DNA from: a virus
Lineage: Duplodnaviria > Caudoviricetes
Length of the DNA: 27,912 bases
Reading direction: 5' to 3' (one strand)
Virus record (IMG/VR): IMGVR_UViG_3300022844_000020
Location: 1-27,912 of that record
Below, one piece after another: positions 8,076-16,017 of this stretch. The position numbers were made by a program, and so were the translations under genes. The notes under the pieces are model-generated. The model was not told the DNA's origin, ran no database searches, and was given only the letters and a program-made list of their open reading frames with translations. Within the stretch, counting starts at the first letter, position 1. Each line of letters opens with the position of its first letter.

Positions 8076-8106
8076 CACACCCCTACATCCCCTCTCAAGC
8101 GGGGAC
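8076..8106. repeat. REP-like hairpin CACACCCCTACATCCCCTCTCAAGCGGGGAC
   Basis: TCCCCTCT/AGCGGGGA arms, intergenic. Confidence 0.5.
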
Positions 8107-8120
8107 GTAAACGCCACCTT

Positions 8121-8137
8121 CGTACACCTGTTGTACG
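8121..8137 (+). promoter_or_regulatory. Putative late-activator site CGTACA-N5-TGTACG (copy 1)
   Basis: CGTACACCTGTTGTACG; 16/17 identical to 14774-14790; upstream of terS. Confidence 0.7.
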
Positions 8138-8177
8138 TAATAGGTCTAAGCGCGGCACTGTATATTAGGATTGGTGT

Positions 8178-8214
8178 ATCTCGACAAGCTCGATAACCGA
8201 ATCTCGATAAGCTC
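8178..8214. repeat. 14-bp direct repeat ATCTCGAYAAGCTC x2
   Basis: 8178-8191 and 8201-8214; core shared with the palindrome at 1921-1943. Confidence 0.6.
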
Positions 8215-8221
8215 TACCATC

Positions 8222-8686
8222 ATGCCGAAAACAGGAAACAAAGCGTACTTATTAGAACCGCAAGCCTTTGAGCTGTACAGAACAGGTATGACTTTGACCG
8301 AGATTGCCAAAACCGTAGGCGTTTCTTTACAAACCATATCGGGTAAAAAGGGCTGGAAGGTAAAGTACAATTGGGATCAGAAGATTGAGAAGTATGAGAC
8401 CTCGAGCCGTTCCAGTGTAGAGATTATCAAGCGGATTATAAAAGACAAGCTAGACGAAGTTAAGAATACGCCCGTGAAGGAATTGCCCAAAGGCTTCGAA
8501 GATGGGCTGTTTAAGTTGCAATTGATGGCAGAAAAGATGGATGTGAATTTTGATCGCCTTGCCTTTACCCTCGAAATTATGAAGGATTACAACGAGTTTC
8601 TTACGTACCATCATCCTGAACTTGCTGGGCATTTCCACGAATTGTTACCTGAATTTTTAAATGCCCAAAGCAAGAAGTATGGCTAA
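8222..8686 (+). CDS. terS: Terminase small subunit (DUF1804-like HTH)
   Basis: HTH AFELYRTGMTLTEIAKTVGVSLQTI; directly upstream of terL; ATG 8222 preferred. Confidence 0.7.
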   Translation: MPKTGNKAYLLEPQAFELYRTGMTLTEIAKTVGVSLQTISGKKGWKVKYNWDQKIEKYETSSRSSVEIIKRIIKDKLDEVKNTPVKELPKGFEDGLFKLQLMAEKMDVNFDRLAFTLEIMKDYNEFLTYHHPELAGHFHELLPEFLNAQSKKYG

Positions 8687-10166
8687 GCGACTGATATCCA
8701 AAAAAGACTATCTCAAGCGTTCAGAGGAACTACTTCAACTCATCCAACAGGATGTGAAGCCGTTTATGGATGTGAGTGTTGCTGGTATAGCTGAGCGTAG
8801 GCACCGAGCAGAAACCGATCTAGAATATCTCTGCCAAACGTATTTACCGCATCATTTTAGTGGAGTATTTGAAAGCGGACACAAAAAAATTATTCAAGCA
8901 ACCACGGTTTGGAATAAAGTAATCCAAGCTCGTGGATTTCGCGGTTTGGGTAAAACTACCATCATTGGCGTGGGATATGCTTTGCAAGCCATTCTGTTCA
9001 AGCGCACCCGATACCTTCCATTCATATCCGATACGGACGATCAAGCAGAAATGCAGATCCTTACCATTAAGATGGAACTGGAAAAGAATCCACGAATTAT
9101 TGCCGATTTTGGTGAACAGCGTGGTTTGGAATGGAGCGAAAACGCCTTTGTTACTAAAGACGGTGTGAAGGTTGAAGCAAGTTCCTGGCGTAGTTTTAAA
9201 CGTGGCAGAAAGTACATGCAATATCGTGCCAAGATTATTGTGTGCGATGATCTGGAGAGTTTGGAATCTGCTAAAACCAAAAAGAATGTAGATAAGCGTG
9301 AAGATGCTCTCCTTGGTGATATCCTGAATGCCCTCGATTTGAAAGCCGAATGGCAGCTGTTTGTGGTTACCAACAAATTAAGCCGTGATGATGTTGATGA
9401 TCGATTGTCAAAGAATAAATCAGTGCATACGGTTTCTGTTGTTGCCGAGCAAGAAAATGAGCGTGCTACTCACCCAAAGAGTTTTCCAAAGAAGGTCTTA
9501 AATCATATTAAAGACACTATTGGATCGGTTAAGTACGCCCGTGAATATCTGCTGAAAATTATAAGCAGTGAGCAAGATGATTTTCAAGAAGAATGGTTTG
9601 TGATGCTGGATAAGCCCGCACTAAACTACAAATACATAGTGCAAGCGAATGATCCATCAGTAGGCTCTACCGAAGGTCATGATACCAAGGCTTGGTTAAT
9701 TATGGGATTGACTGAAGACGGCAAGCATGTGGATGTAATGCACGCTTGGATTCGGCATACCACCATCAACAGCATGTGTAAAACGGCGTTTGATTTGCAT
9801 AAGGTTTGGAATCCACACAAGGTTGCCTTCGAAAGTAACGGCTTCCAGGTGCTCTTGAAAGACAAGCTCGAAACGATTGCCCAGGAGAATGGCCACGGTT
9901 TTGGATTAATGAGTTCGTTGCAACTCATTCAAAATAACACCGTAAAGAATACGCGGATAATGAGATTGCAGAGTGGTATTGAAAATGGATTCTATCGTTT
10001 TGTGAAAGGCTCGGATATGAGGCGCTTAATCAATCAATTCTTAGATTTTGACAGTTCCACCACATCCAACACCGATGATGGACCTGATGCGATGGAGATG
10101 GGCAACCGTGCCCTACGAAAATTAAACGGCGAAATTGAAACTGTAAATGCAGAGGTATATTACTGA
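8679..10166 (+). CDS. terL: Terminase large subunit
   Basis: Walker A RGFRGLGKTT, Walker B IIVCDDLE, nuclease motifs ANDPS, FESNGFQ and DDGPDA. Confidence 0.93.
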   Translation: MAKRLISKKDYLKRSEELLQLIQQDVKPFMDVSVAGIAERRHRAETDLEYLCQTYLPHHFSGVFESGHKKIIQATTVWNKVIQARGFRGLGKTTIIGVGYALQAILFKRTRYLPFISDTDDQAEMQILTIKMELEKNPRIIADFGEQRGLEWSENAFVTKDGVKVEASSWRSFKRGRKYMQYRAKIIVCDDLESLESAKTKKNVDKREDALLGDILNALDLKAEWQLFVVTNKLSRDDVDDRLSKNKSVHTVSVVAEQENERATHPKSFPKKVLNHIKDTIGSVKYAREYLLKIISSEQDDFQEEWFVMLDKPALNYKYIVQANDPSVGSTEGHDTKAWLIMGLTEDGKHVDVMHAWIRHTTINSMCKTAFDLHKVWNPHKVAFESNGFQVLLKDKLETIAQENGHGFGLMSSLQLIQNNTVKNTRIMRLQSGIENGFYRFVKGSDMRRLINQFLDFDSSTTSNTDDGPDAMEMGNRALRKLNGEIETVNAEVYY

Positions 10167-11563
10167 TGAGCACCGACCCCGAAGACCGACAAAAATATGC
10201 CTACGCCGAAGTAATCACCGGCGATGAAAGTGAAAGCTGGATGTTGCCATTGCTAGAAAAGAGTGGGATTGCGAAAAGCTCGAAGACATCCATCAAAAAG
10301 AATTCCTATGCCATTATAGATGAGCCTGTCGGCACTCGGGATTGGATTGAGCCGAAACTCGCGTTCAACGATCTGCTCAGTTGGTTGGAAATGAGTATTT
10401 GGCACAAGCGATGCGTATTTGCAAAAGCCGCCGTTACGGTTGGCCTTGGTTGGCGCTTGGTTACTAAAGAGGAAGACAAGGCGCCCGACGAAGCTCATGC
10501 GAAATTGATGGAGTTCTTGAGTCAGCCGAACGAAAACAAGCTAGATAGTTTTTCCTTAATCGCCTTCAAAAGCTTGGTAGATTATGAAGCGACAGGGAAC
10601 TTCGTGAATGAATTAAGTAGCGCAATGGGTGGCGAGCTTGGCAGATTGTATCACCAACGAATGGCGAATTTTCGTGTGGCTAAGAAACGGAATGACGGCT
10701 ATTACCAAGTTCCCATTAAGGGGTATACATTGCGACAGGTGCATTTTACGCGCTGGGGAGTGGTTGAGCCTGGCAAGAATCAGATCCTCCATTATTACCA
10801 GTACGATCCAAGCAGTGATTATTACGGTAGCCCAATTTGGGTGCCCGCACTGGCTGATATGGTTCTAGATCGTTCGGCGGTGGAATTCAACATCAATCTA
10901 TTTCGGAATCAATTAGTGGCGAAGTTCGCCGTGATTGTGGAGGGTGGGAAATTAAGTGCTGGCGCAAAGCAAAGCCTTCGGGAGTTCCTAGCCTCGCAAG
11001 CTACCGGCACCAAAAATGCAGGGCGAACACTGATATTTGATACGGATGATCCTAATGTGAAGGTGAAGATTGAGAAGCTGGAAATGGATTTCGGCGACAA
11101 AAACGGCTTCATGGGCAAGACTCGGGAAACATCACGAGATATGATTGTGAGTGCGCATGGCGTACCACCTCGCATTGTCGGCATTGTTACTGCAGGTCAG
11201 CTAGGCGGTGGCGGTGAGGCTGATTCTCAGTTGAGGATCTTCGAAGAAATTGATCGCGCTCCCGAACGTAATCGTATTGAAGAGTTCTACAATCGCACGA
11301 TTATTCAAGATGCACGATTCGGTGAACACAAATGGAACCTGGAGTTCAATGCTATTGATACGACGAACCGCAAGATGGATGCCGAGATTGAGAACATCTT
11401 GAAGCAAGCTGGCATTAAGCTCCCTGAAGAGAGTCGGCAAGATCTTGGGCTGCCATCATTGGATGAGGAAGGTATGCAACGCCTGGGCGCAAGCTCGGGA
11501 TTGGAGCAAAACGTGAATGAGCTGGTGAGCCTCAGAAAACGTTTAGAAGGTCTAGATGAATAA
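10166..11563 (+). CDS. Portal protein, PBSX family
   Basis: DYEATGN, YYGSP.W..A, FN..LF.N, IVSAHGVPPRIVGI motifs; follows terL. Confidence 0.9.
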   Translation: MSTDPEDRQKYAYAEVITGDESESWMLPLLEKSGIAKSSKTSIKKNSYAIIDEPVGTRDWIEPKLAFNDLLSWLEMSIWHKRCVFAKAAVTVGLGWRLVTKEEDKAPDEAHAKLMEFLSQPNENKLDSFSLIAFKSLVDYEATGNFVNELSSAMGGELGRLYHQRMANFRVAKKRNDGYYQVPIKGYTLRQVHFTRWGVVEPGKNQILHYYQYDPSSDYYGSPIWVPALADMVLDRSAVEFNINLFRNQLVAKFAVIVEGGKLSAGAKQSLREFLASQATGTKNAGRTLIFDTDDPNVKVKIEKLEMDFGDKNGFMGKTRETSRDMIVSAHGVPPRIVGIVTAGQLGGGGEADSQLRIFEEIDRAPERNRIEEFYNRTIIQDARFGEHKWNLEFNAIDTTNRKMDAEIENILKQAGIKLPEESRQDLGLPSLDEEGMQRLGASSGLEQNVNELVSLRKRLEGLDE

Positions 11564-11644
11564 AATAGGCACTCGAATACGTTGGACTTGTTAGAAATCG
11601 AAATGAACGGGAAATGAACGAAGTGCCACGGCCTAGTCGTCGTG

Positions 11645-11679
11645 GAATTATGAATTATGAATTTTAAATTTTGAATTTC
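11645..11679. repeat. Heptamer repeat (RAATTWY)x5
   Basis: gaattat gaattat gaatttt aaatttt gaatttc; overlaps the TTG start of the MuF gene. Confidence 0.85.
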
Positions 11680-13011
11680 CCAAAAAACAAATACTATCTC
11701 GTCACCAAAGGGCTTATTGAAGCGCGGAAGATATATGCGATAATCCGAAAGGATGAATATGATAAGATTGCGGCGGAGCTACAGGATCTCTTGGTTCGCA
11801 GTTGGAATGAGGCGACAACCGAAGCGATTCGCGATGTAATTCGGGCAACCAACAATAGATTGGCGTTCACCAACGAGATGCTGGACGAGATGATTGCCGC
11901 ACTTAAGCCCAAGCTCGGCGCTGCCTTTGCTGGGAATGTGGCAAATACCATGCTCGAGATTCAAGCGAGTACGTACTCCCTAGGAATGAAAGACATTCTA
12001 GGAATCTCGCCGTCGTTGAACTTGGTAGACAATAAGGCACTGGAAGCTCTTGCACGTTACGCCAACTATCCCGTAATGCATCACTTCGATGCTCAGCTCG
12101 AAGGCAAGATTCGCGAATTTGGCTCCAAAATTATAAGCGAAGGCTTAAACCGTGAGGAAGCCGGAAAGCTCTTTGAGGATGAATTTGCAAAAAAATACGA
12201 CCTTCAATCCTTCCGATACTGGCAAGGCTATGCGAATCATGTTGTCACTGATACCAGGGAATCGGGTAGAATTAGTGCCTACGAGCAAGCCGAAGTGGAG
12301 TATGCAGAAGTGCGAGCCATTCTAGATCACCGAACTACGGAGATCTGCCGACACATGCACGGACGCAGAATTTTGGTGTCTGAACTTAGAAGAGTTGAAG
12401 ATATCAAGTTGGCCAATCCAGATCCCTCAAAAATAAAAGACATTATGCCATGGGCGAGCGCCAAATCGGTAAGTGAGAGCAAAACTACCAAACTCCCTGA
12501 TGGAGCCCTAAAACCACCGTACCATTTCAACTGCAGAACACGAACGGTAATGGCGCGAGAAGTAAGCGAACGCAATCAAGTTTCTGGCACTTCAATGGGC
12601 AAAGGTGTTGGAGCCGATGATAAGAAAAAGCTGAATAGTCTTACCGATGAGGAATACAGCAATTGGATGCAGACCATTCGTGGCAAGCGCAAGTTCGGCT
12701 TTGCGCCCGATCAGATTGAAGAGCAGCTGAAAGAATATGCCAGCAGCTTGGGCTTGAAAACCGCCGACAAAGACGCCTACCTCAAAGCCGGGCAAGGTAT
12801 CGTTCGAAATGCTACGGGCGTAATTGCCAAGGTGAACAATACTGCAGACGGCAAACGACAGTTCAACTTTCATTTCTTTTCGGCTGCCGGCGTTGCCGTA
12901 GTGGGTGATGATCTGCTCTTCCACTCCATTAAAGGATTAGAAGATTCCGCCAAGAGCTTCGCCGGGAGTCTCAGTAATGGCTTGAAGCTCGGTGGTAGCT
13001 GGGATGAGTAG
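11671..13011 (+). CDS. Minor head protein (MuF / SPP1 gp7 family) with C-terminal extension
   Basis: AILDHRTTEICRHMHGR and PPYHFNCRT motifs; about 150 extra C-terminal residues; start codon uncertain (TTG). Confidence 0.85.
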   Translation: MNFPKNKYYLVTKGLIEARKIYAIIRKDEYDKIAAELQDLLVRSWNEATTEAIRDVIRATNNRLAFTNEMLDEMIAALKPKLGAAFAGNVANTMLEIQASTYSLGMKDILGISPSLNLVDNKALEALARYANYPVMHHFDAQLEGKIREFGSKIISEGLNREEAGKLFEDEFAKKYDLQSFRYWQGYANHVVTDTRESGRISAYEQAEVEYAEVRAILDHRTTEICRHMHGRRILVSELRRVEDIKLANPDPSKIKDIMPWASAKSVSESKTTKLPDGALKPPYHFNCRTRTVMAREVSERNQVSGTSMGKGVGADDKKKLNSLTDEEYSNWMQTIRGKRKFGFAPDQIEEQLKEYASSLGLKTADKDAYLKAGQGIVRNATGVIAKVNNTADGKRQFNFHFFSAAGVAVVGDDLLFHSIKGLEDSAKSFAGSLSNGLKLGGSWDE

Positions 13012-13145
13012 CATAACGTGCCGGGCTATGTTCAGTTGATTTTAGCGAGCGTTATGTACGGTTTGGCTATGCAGCGTTGAGGAACGAAACGATTTATAGG
13101 TTGTGTTATATACTGGCACGACTTTAACAACTAAAAATTAATAAA

Positions 13146-13445
13146 ATGGTACATTCTAAATTTATAATTGAAGGCGAAAACTTGATAATGGCTAAATGCA
13201 CTTTTCATAAACAACTAGCAACTGACAAAGAAAAAGTAAAAGGCGGTGGATGGTTTAGATTCGATGATAACAAGAAAGCCTTTATACTTGGTGGATCTTC
13301 TCATGACTTTGGTTATGCTGAGATGAACGATATTAAAAAGTGCATTGAAGATGGTAATGTTTACGGAAATAGCAGAATGAGTAGGAAGATGGACAATTAT
13401 AAATTTTTCTATGACACACCATCTGAATTGATAGCACTAAACTAA
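13146..13445 (+). CDS. Hypothetical cassette protein
   Basis: 99-aa AT-rich ORF beginning about 40 nt after GTTATATAC. Confidence 0.75.
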   Translation: MVHSKFIIEGENLIMAKCTFHKQLATDKEKVKGGGWFRFDDNKKAFILGGSSHDFGYAEMNDIKKCIEDGNVYGNSRMSRKMDNYKFFYDTPSELIALN

Positions 13446-13456
13446 GTTCTTGTATA

Positions 13457-13603
13457 TACTCGGATGATGCTATTAAAATTTTAGAAGATGCAGGATTAAA
13501 ATTAAATACTGATTTTGTGACAGGAAATGATTCTCCAAGAGGTGGGAAAACAGGGAACTTTGTTGAATTAACCTCTAAAGGAAAAACAAAAGCAATCAAA
13601 TAA
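13457..13603 (+). pseudogene. 5'-truncated gene remnant
   Basis: Frame YSDDAIKILEDAGLKLNTDFVTGNDSPRGGKTGNFVELTSKGKTKAIK* with no ATG; its stop is TAATG-coupled to the HTH gene. Confidence 0.55.
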
Positions 13604-13866
13604 TGGATAATAAACAATCATCAGAAATCCGTCAGGATTTAATTCTGACCTATTTAAAAAACAGAATGAAAGAAAAAAAAGTTACTCAAAATAAACTTGC
13701 TGAAATACTGCAAGTAAGTGTAATTACTTTAATAAGATACTTTAAAAAAGAAACACAAATGCCTTTAGGTGTGTATTTAGAAATATGTGTTGCTTTGGAA
13801 TTAAGACCTTATTTAATACCAACTGAAAGCGATAATACTGAAATGCAACGAATGTTTTTAAATTAG
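13603..13866 (+). CDS. XRE-family HTH protein
   Basis: LKNRMKEKKVTQNKLAEILQVSVITLIRYF...YLEICVALEL. Confidence 0.85.
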   Translation: MDNKQSSEIRQDLILTYLKNRMKEKKVTQNKLAEILQVSVITLIRYFKKETQMPLGVYLEICVALELRPYLIPTESDNTEMQRMFLN

Positions 13867-13907
13867 TTTTTTTAGCGCATGAGTGGTCGCCTTTTTTTTA
13901 TTTTATT

Positions 13908-13965
13908 GTAGATAACGCTGAGTGTAAACGGTCGTTTTAATGCCGTTTTACACATTGTTAGGCAC
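13908..13965 (+). repeat. attC-like site
   Basis: GTAGATAAC...GTGTAAA-CGG / CCGTTTTACAC...GTTAGGCAC: imperfect hairpin with a one-base bulge and a GTTRRRY core. Confidence 0.65.
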
Positions 13966-13982
13966 TTTTAAAAAAATGAATT

Positions 13983-14630
13983 ATGCACAGAAGTAACATA
14001 GAAATACATAACCTTGATTGTTTGCCGTTTATGAAGCAATGCGAGGACAAGCAATTTGATTTAGCAATAGTAGACCCACCCTACGGTATTGAACGGGCTG
14101 GACAAACTGAAACATTTACTAAAAACCCAAAACACAAAAGGAAGCATCACGAAAATAAAGGGTGGGATAATGCAATACCAACTGATGAATATTTTAGAGA
14201 ACTTGAAAGAATATCTAAAAATCAAATTGTGTGGGGTGCGAATTATTTTGTTGCCCATTTAAACAAAGGAACAATGGGCTGGATAGTTTGGGATAAAGGA
14301 CAACACGGGTTAAGTATGAGTGATTGTGAACTTGCTTACAGTAGCTTTAACAAAGCAACAAGGGTTTTTACGTTTAACAGAGGATTGATAGCACAAAAAG
14401 GCGGAAGCATACACCCAACCCAAAAACCTGTTGAGCTGTATAGATACCTGTTAAATGAATATGCAGAAAAGGGCAACAAAATATTTGATTCGCATTTAGG
14501 AAGTGGAAGCATTGCGATTGCTTGTGATGACTTGGGGTTTGATTTAACCGCTTGTGAAATTGATAAACAGTATTTTGATAAGGCAAACAAAAGGCTCGAA
14601 CCTTATAGAAAGCAACGAACCCTTTTTTAA
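13983..14630 (+). CDS. DNA N6-adenine/N4-cytosine methyltransferase, beta class
   Basis: Motif IV IVDPPY precedes HPTQKP and motif I FDSHLGSGS. Confidence 0.92.
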   Translation: MHRSNIEIHNLDCLPFMKQCEDKQFDLAIVDPPYGIERAGQTETFTKNPKHKRKHHENKGWDNAIPTDEYFRELERISKNQIVWGANYFVAHLNKGTMGWIVWDKGQHGLSMSDCELAYSSFNKATRVFTFNRGLIAQKGGSIHPTQKPVELYRYLLNEYAEKGNKIFDSHLGSGSIAIACDDLGFDLTACEIDKQYFDKANKRLEPYRKQRTLF

Positions 14631-14710
14631 TTGTGCCTAACACCGGTGTTATGCCAGGCGGAATTTATAGCTATTCTTTTTTAGCTCAGATTTTTGTAAA
14701 ATTGACGAAG

Positions 14711-14745
14711 AAATTATGAATTCTAAATTTTTAATTTTGAATTAG
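14711..14745. repeat. Heptamer repeat (NAATTNN)x5
   Basis: aaattat gaattct aaatttt taatttt gaattag; inverted partial copy at 14757-14767. Confidence 0.75.
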
Positions 14746-14773
14746 GATCTTGTCTTTAATTCAAAATCCATTC

Positions 14774-14790
14774 CGTACACCTCTTGTACG
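14774..14790 (+). promoter_or_regulatory. Putative late-activator site (copy 2)
   Basis: CGTACACCTCTTGTACG upstream of the protease/capsid genes. Confidence 0.7.
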
Positions 14791-14849
14791 TTTTATACCA
14801 TTCCCACCCTTTTTATTTTGCCGTCAGATACTAATCTAATTCTGATCGG

Positions 14850-15980
14850 ATGCCCCAGGCCAAACCAAAACGCCGTCTCAAAAATCTAACCGTTGAGTTC
14901 ATCTCCCTGGTAGATGCCGGTGCGAATAAGCGCGAAGTCATTTACAAAAATGCTGATGCTAATTCACTCGAAAATAACGTTGCTAAGACCATCGAAATTC
15001 GCAAAGTAGATGATGAGCAAGGTCTTGTGTATGGTATTGTATATGCTCCCGATGAATCTGATGCTCACGATGACACGATGCTTGCCGCCGATATTAAGAA
15101 AGCCGCGCATGAATTTCTTGCTGCCGGCAAAACCAATCGCGTAGATAAGCAGCACGATCAAAATCCCGATAAAGGCTATGTTGTAGAAAGCTACATTATT
15201 GGCAAAGCGGACGCCAATTTCCCCTCTGATCCAATTGGCTCCTGGGCGGTAGTGATTAAAGTAACCGACGAAGCCACCAAAAAAGAACTTAAAGATGGCG
15301 AGATCAAAGGTATAAGTATGGAAGGTTTTGCTGAAGTCGAAAATCTAGAAGACGAAACCCCTGTAGAAAAAGCGGAATTCATTATTTCTGAAGTGAAGAA
15401 ATACATCGACGAGAAATTCCCGTCCATCAAAAAACTATTTAAAAAAGGCGAAGAAATGAATACTACCAAACAGTCAGTGACCGATTTTGCAGAAATATTA
15501 AAAAGTCTAGCCGGCAAAACAGAAGAGGAGTTTATTGCCATTCAGAAGAGCTTCGCCGATTCCCTGGTAGACAATCAACTTCGCCAAGCGGTGTTCGCGC
15601 TAGAATCTTCCAGCTATGAGATTATGAGATCCGATTCTATATCAGACAAAAAGGCGGCATTAGTTACCAACGCTGGTGAATTCGCAGACTATGTATCCGG
15701 GCTAACCATTTCAAAATCAAAAACCCCAAAAAATGAGGACACATCCATGTCTGAAGTAACAAAAGAAGCAACCGATGTGGAGAAATCCGAAGGTGGTGAT
15801 GAAAAGAGCCCGGAACTCCAGGCTATCGAAAAATTAACGTCAACCGTAACGGAGCTTGGCAATCGCATTGAGAAGGTCGAGAAGACTGCCGGTATCAGTA
15901 AGGCTAATTCCGGACAAGATGATGGCGAGCATGTAGAGAAGAGCTACAGCGCAGACGCTCCTCTTAATATTTTCGGATAA
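14850..15980 (+). CDS. XkdF-like prohead serine protease with scaffold-like C-terminus
   Basis: ISLVDAGAN, LVYGIVYAPD..DAH.D, VDKQHD, VVESYI, GSW, GEIKGISMEG. Confidence 0.85.
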   Translation: MPQAKPKRRLKNLTVEFISLVDAGANKREVIYKNADANSLENNVAKTIEIRKVDDEQGLVYGIVYAPDESDAHDDTMLAADIKKAAHEFLAAGKTNRVDKQHDQNPDKGYVVESYIIGKADANFPSDPIGSWAVVIKVTDEATKKELKDGEIKGISMEGFAEVENLEDETPVEKAEFIISEVKKYIDEKFPSIKKLFKKGEEMNTTKQSVTDFAEILKSLAGKTEEEFIAIQKSFADSLVDNQLRQAVFALESSSYEIMRSDSISDKKAALVTNAGEFADYVSGLTISKSKTPKNEDTSMSEVTKEATDVEKSEGGDEKSPELQAIEKLTSTVTELGNRIEKVEKTAGISKANSGQDDGEHVEKSYSADAPLNIFG

Positions 15981-16017
15981 GCGACCAACCCAACCCCCAA
16001 TTTCAAAAACTACGATT

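Larger units (their letters stand above)
13011..14654 (+). mobile_element. Integron-like cassette array with no integrase in the window
   Basis: Outer ends GCATAAC (13011-13017) and GTTATGC (14648-14654) are complementary; internal attC-like sites at 13011-13057, 13057-13113, 13908-13965, 14633-14654; AT-rich content. Confidence 0.65.
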
